Origin: Geosiphon pyriformis uo1
Taxonomy: Eukaryota > Fungi > Glomeromycota
Length of the DNA stretch: 64,000 nt
Direction of reading: 5' to 3'
Assembly: GCA_016748015.1 (NCBI GenBank)
Contig: JAAOMT010000617.1
Span: forward strand, 628,635 to 692,634
Shown here: piece by piece, positions 1 through 14,076 of the stretch
How positions within the stretch are numbered: position 1 is the stretch's first letter
How the letters are laid out: every line of letters starts with the position of its first letter
Position numbers and translations under genes: made by a program
The notes under the pieces: generated by a model
What the model saw: only the letters and a program-made list of their open reading frames with translations
What the model was told of the DNA's origin: nothing
Databases searched by the model: none

Positions 1-1593
1 CCAAAAAAAGCTTAAGAAAAAAAAAACCTATAAAACACTTTCTTTAAGTATTGGTAACTTGATATTAGAATACCATTCAGACAGAAACAATATCTATAAT
101 AATAAATTCTTTAGTCAGTGGAAAGAACTCTTTATAGTCAACAAAGTTTTGAACAATGATTCTTATATTCTTTAAAATCAATCTGGAACAATCTTTAAAG
201 ATTGTCCTGTTCATGATACATGACTCAAAAAATATTATAAACAACCTGATTGGCTGCTTGTTGTGGTAATACCAACTCAATTGATTAGCAAAAATCAAGT
301 ATAAATAAATGCACCATTCCCAAAACAGAGGTATCTTCAATTGACATGAACAATTATTTTCTGGATTAAAACATTCAAAATGCTTTCTATACTTTTCATA
401 AATATTGGATCAAAAACTATCCAAATGCTACTCTAATCATTAGAAAACAAACCACCATAATTGATAACAGTGGAACACATACTGTTATTAGACCAAAGAA
501 AACTACTACCAGAAAAGAAAAAATTGGTAGTAAAATAGATAAATATCTGTTGGAAAGTATAACAACAGCTATACTCCTACCTTCCAATACAATTGAAAAA
601 ACACTCCAAGAAATCTTACCCATAGACAAAAACTTGTCATATGGAAAGCAATTAGAACTCTATGATTGCTTTGGTGAAATTATAGAGAATAAGAAACTCA
701 TAAAGAAAACAACTTTAGAGATACAGGCAGAAATTTTGGGCATTATATGATTAGATGTCCCAAAAGTTTTAACTATTGCTAAAAGAGCCAAAACTCTAAT
801 ACAAAGATTTGGTCTCTTGAATACAAAACTCATTTTGCCTCAAGTATTATATATCTTATCTACAAAAAACTTTAATAAACTAGTTAGCTTTAAGTTAGAT
901 AAAACCCTTCAAATAGATTACACTATAAATATGATTTTGCCAGAGCTCAATCTCTTTGGAGAGGATAATATTATGGTTGAAACTTATACTTCTTATTAAT
1001 TATCATATGTATTAGCCACTAATGTCATATAAATTAGCCACTCTATTTTTAGAAAGTGATCATTGACCTGATTATTAATCTAGTTGTTGATCTGATTATT
1101 GACCACTTTTGATAGCTATATAAGTGATAAATCTCTTAGCTGTAGAAAAGCATGTAGAAATAAAAAAAATAAAATAACAACTTTCATCTCAATTATTTTT
1201 TTATTGCTAATTTCTCTTTCCCTACCTTTAAGTATTCAAACATTTTAAGATAAAAAATTACTTGTTGGTTATTTCTTACCCTTTTCTTGAATAAAACATG
1301 ACTGAAGAGTACATCTGATACTTGCTATTAAATTCTAAAAGTGCTAATGTGAGGCATAGAATTATACCAAGTGTAATTATTTGTTAACAGTACAGACTAT
1401 CTCTCTACTTTCAGATTCCCTGGTTATTTTTGAAAAGTACAGCAACTAAGATATTTTATGAGACTGATCTTACACATTGAATCTATACTTATTCAATTTG
1501 CTCTTTGAAGTTGAATTCTCTTTGATTCTTTTTATTACCCTATAATTCTGTTTTCTCTTGCTATTCATTAGCTTGTTACTTCAATCTGTAACA
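1..1593 (+). mobile_element. Ty3/Gypsy family A element A1, 3' part (integrase tail, ORF3, PPT, 3' LTR 969-1593)
   Basis: Colinear with the reverse complement of 24495-26200 and 55588-57200. Integrase GPY/F tail ends at TAA 302-304; PPT GGAGAGGATAA at ~958-968; LTR runs TATTATGG...TGTAACA. Confidence 0.9.
346..999 (+). pseudogene. Family A ORF3 (env-position accessory protein, ~217 aa, 2 internal stops), reads through the PPT into the LTR
   Basis: ATG 346 is in frame with ORF-track fragments 550-750 and 817-999; homologous to 25206-25862 and 56194-56850. Confidence 0.8.
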
Positions 1594-3876
1594 ATATTTT
1601 CTTATTTTTTTGTTTTAATTTTTTTTATATTATTAAGTAATTTATATTTAAAATTTTTTTAAAAAAATTAACTTTTACAGCAAAGTAAGTACATATTATT
1701 TTAAAGAACTTATAAACAAGATTTTTTTATAAAAAAGTTTGATTTTTACTATAAAATAATTATATAAATAATTAATGTAAAATTGGTTATTCTATTATAA
1801 ATTTAATAATATATACAATCTAAAGTATAAAAAATACTTTAAAAAAAGAATTAGTTTACAGTAAAATTAATAACAAAATAGCATTAATAATATTAAGAAA
1901 AAGATAAAAATTTTTTTGGTAATAATATTCATATTTTAATAACTTTTAAATATATTTTTTTAAAGATAATAATTGCTTTATATACTTGATTTAAAAAATT
2001 TTTATCATTCCAATATTTATTAAAGTTTGTATTCAATACTATAATTATTTGTGTTTTTTTTTATTATTTTTTAACTATTTAATCTTTTTTGTTAAAAATT
2101 ATTAATATATAAGTTTGTACTTATATATATTTTTTAATAATTTTTTACTATATAGTATTATAAGTAAACTTGGTAAGATATTGTGATAACATTTAGTATT
2201 CTAAATTTTAATATAAAAAGCTTAAAAATCTCTATTCTAAGTACTTGAAATAATTATTGATATTAATCTTTGAAGATTTTTTTGTTAGTTTTATTCATAG
2301 AATTCTTTGGTTATAAAGCACAAAAAAGTATTTAGCTGTTTGCAGCTTAAGTATATAAGCTATCTTTTTTGAGCTAATCAAGCACAATTACTAAAGTCTG
2401 ACAGTATTTTTTTGTCTTTTTAATAAGCTACCAAAATAATGTTAATATTTAAATCTAAAGAGAGCTTTTCACTTTTACCAATCTATTACAAAGTTTATTT
2501 TCAGATAGTTAATTTTACAATGTTGCTGCTTTACAAAAGAAAAATAAAATAAAATAAAATAAAAGAGAAAAATAAAAATAAAAATAAAAAAAATAAAAAG
2601 AGAATTTAAAAAAATATAGTTTTGTTAATTGTTATAATTAAGAGTAATTGGTCCAAGTTATTATTATTCAAGGCAGTTTTATGTTAAAATTATCTGGCCA
2701 GAAACAAAGATAAAAAAATGATTTAATTTAGGTTAAACACAAAATTCATGAATTATATATAAATAAGTTTAGGGTTTTAAATATTTTTTTTATTTGAAAT
2801 AATATAGATATATAAATAAAATGAATCTAATAGGTATGAATAGAAGAATATATTTTTTATCTGTCTGTTAATTTGTTTGTTTTTTCTGCTAAAACTACTC
2901 ATTTTTATACATATTTTTAGTTTTATAAAATTGTTTTTAATTGTTTATTATCATTAGTTATTGTTTGCTATTTTTGTTGTTGCTTTGTTTTTTTATACTA
3001 TAACTAGTTATCTTATGTTATAGCTTATTATTTCATGTTATTGTATGTTATTTTATATTATCTTGAATTATAACATGTTATTTTGTATTATTTTACATTA
3101 TTATATTTTTCTAAATTATCATGTTTTTTAATTACATTCTTTTTCAATATATTTTGGATTTGTTTTTTCTACTTAGGTAACAATAATTTTTAAAAAGTAC
3201 ATATTTTATTATAAACATAAAATATTAATTTATTATAAATTACCAAAATATGTAGTTTTTAATCTAAATACAAATTAAACAGTATTTTTATTTTATTTTT
3301 TATCAAGTTATTTGAACATTAATAATTTTAACTTAAAAACTTGTTTTAAAAATTTATTTTAATATGTAATTATATTAAAATGCTTATAATTATTAATATA
3401 ATTTTTTTTAATATTGTTTGTACATAAAACCAAAATAATATATTTATTATTATATTGTTTAAATATTAATTATTTGTAATATGTTAAATTTAAGATTAAA
3501 AAAGATTTTTTTTTCAAGATATTGTTTTACTAAATAAAAATTTACTTTAAATTTTGTTGATCTAAAATAAGTTATTATATATATAAATATAGTTTTATCA
3601 TAAAACAGAAATTTAAATATGTGTTTTACTTGAAAATATTGAAATAATATTTTATATAATAAAATTATTGATTATTATCTTTTGTTTTTTTATAAATAAT
3701 TGTAATTGTTTTATTAAAATTTTATTATTTTTTAAAAGATATAAATATTAAATAATAGATTAATATTATATTAATTTAATTTTTTTTGGTTTTTTGTTAT
3801 TTATTAATTTATTAATTTTTTTAATAGTGTTTTTAATATTTCTTTTCAATTATTTTTATTTTTATTATTTTTGGTA

Positions 3877-3908
<32 letters not shown>

Positions 3909-5312
3909 TCATTAATATGTTTTTTAAAACTGTTTATATAAATAAATAGTTGTTTTTGATTTATTATTTGTTTAAATTTAGTATTAACAATTTTTGTTTC
4001 TAATTTATTTATTAATACTTTTTTTAAAATTTTATTATTACTAATATTAGTATTATTTTCAATGTTTTTAATGTTTTTTATATTATTTAGCTTGATCATA
4101 ACTTGTGTTAATAAGTTTATTTATATGAATTGTCAATATTAAAAGCACTTTTTTGTAATTAAAATACATATTTGTTTTTTTATAGCATTTTAAAAATCCA
4201 AATAAATTAAAAAATATATTTTAATTATAAAATACATAATTAATTATTATGTAAATTAATATTTAATTAATCAGAATTATTTTATTTGTCTGGCTAAATT
4301 GAAATAAACTTATAAAAAAAAGACAATTTTAAATTATTAAAACTTTTAAATAATTATTTTCAAAAATTATTCTAATCAAATTATATCTATATTAAAAAAA
4401 ACATTTTGATTAAACTATTTTTTTTGTTTAATAAAAATTAAATAATTAGTAGTAATTTTAAAAAAATTATTTTTAATATTAAATTATATTATTTTATATT
4501 GTATAATAAATTTTTGTTTATAAACAAAATTGTTTTTTCAAATATATTGAAAAATAATAATATAATTACAATTATATATTTATTTTATTATTGGTTTTTT
4601 TTCTAATAATGGTTTTTTTTGACTTAATAATAATATGTATTTTATTGTTATTAGTTATAATAATCTGTTTTTTAATAGTTAAAATATATTTAAATAATTT
4701 TTGATCTAATACTTATAAAGAATATAAAAAACATTTTAAATATTTTGATTTAAGAAATAATTGTTTATGTTAATTGAAAATATTTCTGTTGTAAAAATAA
4801 TACATTTATTTATAACTAATTTTTAATCTTTTAAGTTAACAAATAACCAATTAGTTTGCTTGTAATATTTTTTGAGTTGTGTATTATAAACAATTAATTA
4901 TTAAAGATTGTTCTAAATTAATCTTATAAAATATAAAAATTATTGTTTAAAACTTTGTTAATTATAAAATTTTTTTTTTCATTGGCTAAAAAACTTATCT
5001 TTATAAACATTATTTTTGTTTAAAAAAAGTATTTTGTATGTTTTATTTTTTTTAAGCTTTTTTTGGAATTGTTTTATTTTTTTAAAGGCAATTATTCATG
5101 TTTTTAATAAGAAATTAAGAATTGTATCAAGTGTTTTTTGCAAAATATCTTTGTACTTTTTTTCTGTGGTTTTTTCAAAAGATATTGTTTCAATATTAGT
5201 TTTTTACAAATTCAATTTGCTTCTTTAATTAATTTTTTTCTTTAATTATTTCCATTACTCTTAATAGTTTTTTCTTTTGCTATCTGTTAGCTTGTTACTT
5301 AAACCCGTAACA
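1594..5312. mobile_element. Extremely AT-rich, heavily decayed TE relics, including a minus-strand family A ORF3/integrase remnant (~4440-5200) and a plus-strand family A LTR end (~5205-5312)
   Basis: 4580-5200 aligns by eye to 25680-26340 with G/C replaced by A/T; 5205-5312 matches the A LTR terminus (TTAGCTTGTTACT...CCGTAACA). Confidence 0.7.
2156..3182. mobile_element. Candidate decayed solo LTR of a fourth family
   Basis: Termini TATTATA...GGTAACA; flanks ATAG (2152-2155) and ATAA (3183-3186) resemble a mutated 4-bp TSD; ~1 kb long with a poly-A/T tract and ~10-bp ATGTTAT repeats at 3010-3125. Confidence 0.35.
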
Positions 5313-6084
5313 TTAAAATAACCATGCAAAAAATAATAGCAATTCTTAATATTGTTTATTATTAACATGTTACAATCCATCTTTAAACTTTAATCTTTGA
5401 TGATAAATACTTTACAAACTGGAATAATTTTCTTCATCCAGCCAAACTTTTAAATGTTGACTGGTTTAGATGAAATGTGCTTTTATCTGAAAATATAACT
5501 GGACTTCATTTTGATTTTTTTGCATTTTTTTTGTGTATGCCTGTAAACGTAAAGATTTGGAAAATTTAACTATGAACGTTCTTGAATAATGTGCACACTA
5601 ATATTAATCTTCGTTTTTTCATTTCTCGTGGCGGTTAGATTAATTTGTTTTGGGATTGTAATTCGATTTCGGCCAGATTTTGGTTGGTCATTTAGGGTCT
5701 TTTGTTTCCTCCCACCAATAAAATGCAAGTCCAAGTTTTGGGCCTTTGGGATGTTTATTTAAAAACCATTTTTGTATCGCTTATGTATTGAGAGGCATCC
5801 ATCAATCTATAAAAAGTATGAATGATCAGCGTTTATATTCTTTGTCTTCGGGCTCCACAGAGTTATTGGGGGTCGGATACTTTTGCGGTGCAAGCTGCTC
5901 GAGCAATATCAGAAAGGAGAAAGACAGTGAACAGATACTTTAAATATATATAAAAATTCTATTAATTTATCCAATAGCTTAAGATTTTTTTTGAGCGAGT
6001 ATAATGGTGAAAATCTATAAAATAGGGAAATATAAAATTTTCATAGTGAAGTTTGTGTTCAGAATACAATAAAGTTTTCGGTGC

Positions 6085-8874
6085 TCAAGGGAAAACCCTC
6101 CCGCTTTCCTTTAAAGAACTTGAATTATCAGTAACTTTTATCGCGACCATTTTGCTGAAGTCAATCGACAGATCCCCATTTTCGAGTACCGTTTTATTTA
6201 TAGGCGGCGTAGCTTCATTATTCGCCTTCAAACTTGCACCCTCGGTATCTTTTAAATAAACCTCGGGACTCGTACATGTACCCAATACTCGTCTCATGTG
6301 ATTTGTAAGATAACTAAGACCCAGTTGATACGATGCATTCATCCAGCCAAATCCTTCTCGCGGTACGAATTTAAAATCAGTGCCAACGTTACCATATTCA
6401 ACGTTGAGTAAATGGCTAAGTGAAACAACATCATATTTTTCGGGAACAACGCCATTAAAATCAACAAAAGATTTAGTGATGGTGTAAAGCCATCGATAAG
6501 CCAAGCGGCGGGCTTCATTAATATATCCGTAAATCTCTAAGCCACGCCATGCCATCATTTGATGAGGGGCCCAACCAAGAGGATAATCCCATTGTCGATT
6601 AGGACGATCAAGTGTTATCGTACCACGAGATTCTTCTGTGCCACTTACAAGTCCACCGAAAACTTCGAACTTGGGGAGTGAATTGCGGCTACATATAGAA
6701 TTTTTCAAATTTGAAATATTAAAATAAGAATTGAATTAATTGTTGATAAATCGAAAGAAATAATGATTTACACTAGTTTTTCGGCCTGGTGTTTGCTGGC
6801 ACAACCGGCCCAAAGAGCCCAAAAGGCAGTGACTGATTCGTACTCTGACTGTTTTTCCTTCACTGTATCATAGTCATAATACAGGCTTTTCTCCTCATTC
6901 CAACAGTATCGATCTATTCTTTCTTTACGCAACATTGCCCGTTCGAACCATACAGCACTTGTTTCAACGTTTCCATCTTCAAGTACGAAATGGTCGTCAT
7001 ATTTATCACGTATTAATTCACCTAAATCGATTTCATACTTGTAAAGTAGAGCGTTAAGATCAATTGTGGTCAGATTTGCACATCGCTTTTCGAAACGGTA
7101 TGTGGTGTCATGCCCAGATTCACGAACAGCGCGATCATGTAAAAAGTATTCATCCAATTCGGGCTCATGAATTTCCATATTATGGTATTTAGCGGCATAT
7201 TCTGGGATGCTAAGACCCAATCGGGCTGCATAAGGTAAAATCAGATGATCAAAATGGCTAGCCTCGGTTTCAGGTGGAATACCAAGACCGATAGGGTAGT
7301 ATTTACTCAAGCCAGTCTTTAAATCAAAGCGTGGAGCACACATCCATACAGTATGATATTCTTTAATGGCCGCAGTGATAGCAGTAGCGAGCCACTGTTT
7401 TTTTTCTGCTTCAGTTTCAGTTAAATTTTCATATACTCTGATCGCCATGTCAGTAAGGAAGGGTGGTTGAGATCTGGTCAAATAATAACTTCGATTGGCA
7501 TTAAGTATTTTGCCATAATGTTTAATCTCATATGTAAAATTGTCAACCATTCCTCTCGCTACTTCAATCTTCCCATCTAGCGCCAAACCTAGAGTTTCGA
7601 AATAAGAATCCCATCCATACATTTCGTTGAAACGGCCACCGGGAACAACGAAAGGAACACCGCGCAGTGTGGTGTTTCCTTGATCGTCAACATATTTGCG
7701 CATTGCTAAAGAGAGAATCCCAGGTCTATCATTGATGCTCTTCACGTATTCAGGGGATATATCTTGTGGCAACATTTCTACTTGGAGGTTCAAATGGGTT
7801 CGAGTTTCAGCGACATGCTTGTAGTATTCAAAAACTTCCGTTTCACCGTAGGGAATATAAATACGAGCATTATGATTTGCGGTTCGATTTTTGGGGTCCG
7901 CGCATATAACCTCTAATCCTTCAGCATCAATCCGCCTGGTAAGTCCATCCCAAAAATGACACTTTATCATTCGAGACAGCCTATCCACGGGATTTTCATT
8001 TAATCGTGCTTCATCTAAGACAATATATTTGCGCCCATTGTCAAGAGCCAAAGCTAGTTCTTGAAGCAAAGTGGAGAGCATATAGGTTCCACGGACCTCG
8101 AATTTGGAATAGCCACCAGAACCTAGAGTGCCTAAGGTAACAGATTTCGGTCCAGCGTCGTTTATGGTGATTTGACAATCACCATCTGTATCTTCTTGTT
8201 CTAAGATTAAACGTCGGGTTTCAAGCACGTCTATTAAGAATTTACGGGGTATAGCCGCCTTTTCGTCTAGTTATCGGTTTGGGAGGTGGAGTAGAGGAGT
8301 TGTTTCAGTCAATGAAAACGAGGTGTGAATTGATGGAATGTTCATTTCCTAGATCGTGTGCTGATGAGATTGGTGTTGGTATTGAGATCATTATGATTAA
8401 CCGATCGATTTTTGATTGATTTAGGCCGCCGACGACAAGGAGTTGAAAGAAAAGAACTCTATCAAAATGGCCTTCATCAATCTCCAGATTGTTCCCAGAC
8501 ACCATGTTTGATACAAAACACTATCTATAAAAATAAATAATATTTTATAATAATTACCGTGTGATGCTCTACGTTTTCTCAGCGCTCGTAGACCATCCTG
8601 TGGAGTGGGAGGCCTAGAGGGTACTTGACCATGTGATGTCTAAATAAACAAAAAAGGGATAAATAGCGGTAAACAACCAAAATCAAAAATTTTGACGGTT
8701 CTCAGGCCTCAATAGAGGAGTTAAAGCAAATTGAAAGTATAAAACTAGTCCCGTTTTTAAGCTTACAGCAAATCTCCTTACGCGATCAACATTGGAGCTT
8801 GTAAAGCTATTATTTCCTGAATTATAATAAACCGCAGCAGGTGCGTAAGGAATGTTGTCCTCCGAATCGTTCAT
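6085..8874 (-). CDS. NTH1: Neutral trehalase (GH37), 4 exons: 8874-8767, 8639-8558, 8266-6772, 6688-6085; ~762 aa
   Basis: RRASHD PKA site, Ca-binding [49 protein letters not shown] and EGFGWMN motifs; GT-AG introns give a continuous frame (2289 nt). Confidence 0.95.
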
Positions 8875-9400
8875 AGTAAACGATGAGTGTTTAGATTTGG
8901 TTAAAAGAAGTGATAAAGTAAATTGAGGTTGAGGCAAGTAATCAAAGGATAAAAACTTTGAGGTATTTTATATCCTTTTAGATGAAAATTGAGATCAGTG
9001 ATCTTTTAGCAATCAGTTAGGTGATCAATGACGAAAGTGGATTAATTGGGTAAAACTGGAAGTAGTATGACATTATGAGCAAAAATGAACTGGTCGGGAA
9101 CAGGTCGCAGATTCAAACATAGAATGCGGCGTTCGAATCACTATATCAATTATAGATAAGCGGTTTCAAATTCTTTAGTGTTAGCCGTTAAAAGTAATAA
9201 TAAAATTTCAAACTTCCCATATAGTTCAAGGTTTCAAAAATTCTAATTATTGATTTTAATCATCTGATGCATATTGTTACTATTTTCCATCAAGATATTC
9301 GATTTCGATGGTGTAACAAAGAGAATGATATCATAAGCAAAATAAATTTCATAAATTCGACCTTATGAGCAGGAACTTTGAATGACATTCGATTAAATTT

Positions 9401-10992
9401 TTATTTTTGTCTGTCAGAATATCCCCAATCACAGGTTCCATCCTCACGAAGGACACCAATACGATGATAATAGGTTCGTGCCCTAACATATGGATCTAAT
9501 TCCAATGTTGCACGCCTTAATTTTATCTTTGTCTCATCTCTCTCTTTTTTCAATTCTTTATTAAACTTTTCATCGATCCATCTCCTCGTTAGTTCTTCGA
9601 AATTTCTTACCAACTGTTCTCGCACTTTTAATTTTTCTTCCTTTGTTGCCACATCATTCATCCTTTCATTTTCTTCTTCAGTTGAGGGTATATATTTATA
9701 TTCCCATGGATCTTGACCACCAAAATTGGACATTAAATGGTCAGGTTCAATGAATTCTAGTAAATCTTTGTCATCACGTGTAAAATGAATTTTGGATGCA
9801 ACCACTGGATCGAGTAGTGTAGAAATAATTCTCCAAACACTTTGAAATACCCAAGGGGCTTTATGAACAATGCAAATGCCTAGACTTTCCGGGTAATATG
9901 CTTCAAAACATTGGATCATAAATTTCACGCCTTGCAAATCCTAAAAGTTGAAAAAAACAATGAACAAAATACTTTACTATGACAACTTTGAAAATAGAAA
10001 ACTTGTGAAATATGTGAATGCAAACCATATTTTGCAAACCGGAGCCTGCCATATTGAAAACAAGACATGCGGTTTCCACTGGAGGTTCAATCATCAAACG
10101 CACTGTTTCCATCACCCATATAGTAAACCGTTGCGTGACTTCTAAACTCTGATCATCCTTCTTGTGAAATCGGACATTAATAAAACTTGAACATTCATAA
10201 TCATTCCCAGGTCGAGATTAAGGAAAATAAATGTTAATACGTGACGAAATTCATTGCTACCGATACTGGAACGAAAGATTGCACTTACCATATCGGTCTC
10301 CCTTCTCTATCTGTGCCTCGACAATAATTCTTACCTAATTCCAATTGTGCACGAAACCCAGGGAGATTCTTTTGGGCAAAATAATTTTCTAAGCCAGGTT
10401 CACCTAGCGCCAAGATACTTGAAACGCCAATTTGTAAGCTCCATTTCAAAGTAGAAACCAGCATCGCCAACGCCTTATGCACATCCCACTTTCGCGCGCG
10501 TAGAAACCTCAAAAATATTAAATCGGGATCATCAGCACCACTGAGTCGCCAAGCTGCGGTACGAAGTTCTCCTGGTGTATATAATTCTAGGGCAGCATTG
10601 AGCTCGCCCGATTCGTTATATTTATCATCTTTGATCTCTTTTTTGGAACTTGGCCGGGAAGTTGGTTTTGGTTGATAGCTAGTTGTACCGTTGGTATCAC
10701 CACTGATACCACCTTCAGAATTCAATGATTTTTTGGAACTCCCACCATTTAAAAATGTCCCCACCTTTGACGATTTGCTGCTTGAGGTACTGTTGGGCTT
10801 TAATTTTGTAGACTCAAATTTCAAGGCATCTCCATTACTGTATGTCAAGTTTTCGTCGTTTTCAGGAGACAGCAAATTTAAGAAAAGAGTCCAGAATTTA
10901 CGTAAGAGTTCCTCTTGTTCAATTGTTAAAGTGTCCACGTGTCCCGAGTTAGGGTCCTTTTGCTGTTGTTGTAAGGCGATGGTGGTCGACAT
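9401..10992 (-). CDS. CRAL-TRIO (Sec14-family, Csr1/Sfh2-like) phosphatidylinositol transfer protein, 3 exons
   Basis: DPDLIFLRFLRARKWDV (CRAL-TRIO N), GTDREGRPIC, FEAYYPESLG, HKAPWVF and LDPVVASKIHF; canonical introns at ~10288-10186 and ~10026-9941. Confidence 0.9.
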
Positions 10993-11356
10993 TTCGAGTT
11001 GCTGTCTCTTTAAAAAAAGAATCTTGGCTATCTTTTTGATGTTAATATAAAAGTTAAGCAGTCGGCGTTTTTATATGGATGGTGACAAAAATTACACAAC
11101 TAATTGCGTGGGAAACTAAAGTTGAATGATTGTGTTAAAAATTCAAAGTTAATAAAGTTAATGATTCTTATTTACGATAAATTTTCCCCGATCAAAGATC
11201 TTCCTTTTATATATACCTCAGATAAGCTCTTGATTAAGTCATTGTGCATCATAAGTGTACGTATCGCAATACCCAGTGTGGGCGTTGGTAGTTATTTTAA
11301 GTTGTGGCTGAGGGGAACCCGCGTTTGACTACTTTCTTCTGAATAGACAGAGCAAT

Positions 11357-12575
11357 ATGGAATCCTTATTATCCCCCAATACTCTAAATTCCTTGGCGGC
11401 TATGATGGCAACCAACACAACGTCAACGGAAAGTATTTCTCTGGAGTCTAATTCTTCAGTAGCAAATATTGCCTCTACTGTGAACATAATTCCTTACGAA
11501 ATCACAGATTTCGCTGCCAATCTTGGAATTGTACCTGGTGTTAACAATGCAGGTGTTTCCACCGTATCAAGCGATAATCAATTGTTTGGTACATTTCCCC
11601 CGCTTCAGGTGGAACCCATCTTAGACGAACAAACTATCCAAAACGAGGATGATGTGTTTCCAAGTTCTGAATTTAAATTTCTTCCAAAAATCTTTGACAT
11701 ATTGGAGACCTTAGAAGCTAATCAAGACACTAAGCAAAAAACCAATCAAGATACTAGGCAAAAAACCAATAAGCTGGTAGGTCGAGTTCAATCTTACTGC
11801 CATACAAGAAAAGTAATCAATGTCTTGATTGGTCATTATTATTAATGTGGCAAGATGGAAAATTTGAGAGAACAATTTGAACGTGGGCGCAATATCCTTG
11901 AAAATCTTCCTGGATCTGATTTAACCAGGGAAGAGCAAGATCGGCTCATAAAAGAACGAAAAGGGTTTCTCGCAAAACGAAGGTATCCACCCCTTCTGAT
12001 TTCAAATCAAATTCAGCGATAATCTATAAATCTTGAATAAAAATAATTTCAGAACAGAAAGGGAAAAATATTTAAAAACATCCATTATGCAACAAAACGA
12101 CCCTCGTTCCAATAGTGGGATAGAATTATCGAGTGGACCAACCACTTTCTTATCAGATATTTCTCTGAGCGGGAGGACATCGTTCTTACGTGCCCCTAAT
12201 ATGAACGCACAAACTTTTTTACCCAATCCTAATACGAGTATGCAGAACACATTCTTGTCTCAACACAATATTAGCGGGGAGACCTTTTTATCGGACCCTA
12301 ATATCAGTGATCAGGCCACTTTTTTGGTAGACCCTACCATGAGTGGTCAGTCAACTTTTTTACCAGATCCCAATAATATCCTCGAAACTCCTATTTCTCA
12401 AGATCCCAACGCAATACTCAACACTGCTGAAATGCTTTCGAGTGAAAATTCTTTGGACACTTCTAATTTTAACGATTTTGTGACCAGCACAAGCTTATTC
12501 AACGTTGATTTGTTTGATCAAGATCTTTCAACTAATGATTTATCTGGTGATTCAATAAATCCGGAGGATATATAG
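11357..12575 (+). CDS. Mediator subunit Med9-like protein with long low-complexity extensions; exons ~11357-11776, 11854-11982, 12053-12575
   Basis: Spliced core FLPKIFDILETLE...LREQFERGRNILENLPGSDLTREEQDRLIKERKGFLAKRRTEREKY matches the Med9 pattern (FLP..I...LPG.D...EEQ...KY). Confidence 0.7.
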
Positions 12576-13314
12576 CAGCCAACTTTGTTAAGTTGCATAC
12601 AATGGGAACTTATGGCTTGTTGCCTTGCTGTAAAAATCTATTTTATGATAATATTAAAGAAATTATTTTCGCGCAAGATAGCAACGCTATCACGCTGACA
12701 TATTATCACCTTGGATATTTGGCTTCATCAAAGAAAAAGATTTGACGATCAAAATTCCGAACACCACTCAAGTCCCTTATATTGATATTTTCGAAGTAGC
12801 TTCGTTTGAATTTGATTAGAATGCCAAAGTTACCTGGGTAATATAAAGAGGAGTGGTTGGTTAATAAGGTTAAATTCATATTAAAAACAATCATTAAATG
12901 AGCAAACACTCAGAGGTGTCCTAATGGTCTTCATAGGAAATGTGTGAATTTCAGAAAGTGAAGAAATTCTTTTTTTTTACATCATTGTGTTCGGATAAGC
13001 TCCCAAAAGCATTATTACTTACCATGAATCAAAGGTTCAATTATAATAGAAAAGGATGGTCTCTCAACAATTAACCTTGGTAATAGTTGGGAGGGAATAA
13101 AAATTGATAAGAATGTGTGCACAAAACTTTATTTTAGATTAACTTCTCTCTAACTTGGCAAAATGTTATACTTGGTGCCTCAAGGTTGAATTTACACAAA
13201 GAAAATAAACAAGAAAGGATAGAGTGCAGTGGAATAGATAATTACGGTGGGTTCAAAGATAAGTTTTACCCGTTTTAATAGAGGATATCAAATAATAGTT
13301 TTTTGGTAGAACAA

Positions 13315-14076
<762 letters not shown>

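Noticed and set aside
3833-4099. 88-aa I/K/N-rich ORF (and 5016-5228)
   Set aside because: Chance ORFs in extremely AT-rich decayed TE DNA
10691-11328. Short ORFs overlapping or between the island genes
   Set aside because: Antisense shadows or non-ATG promoter ORFs with no recognisable motifs
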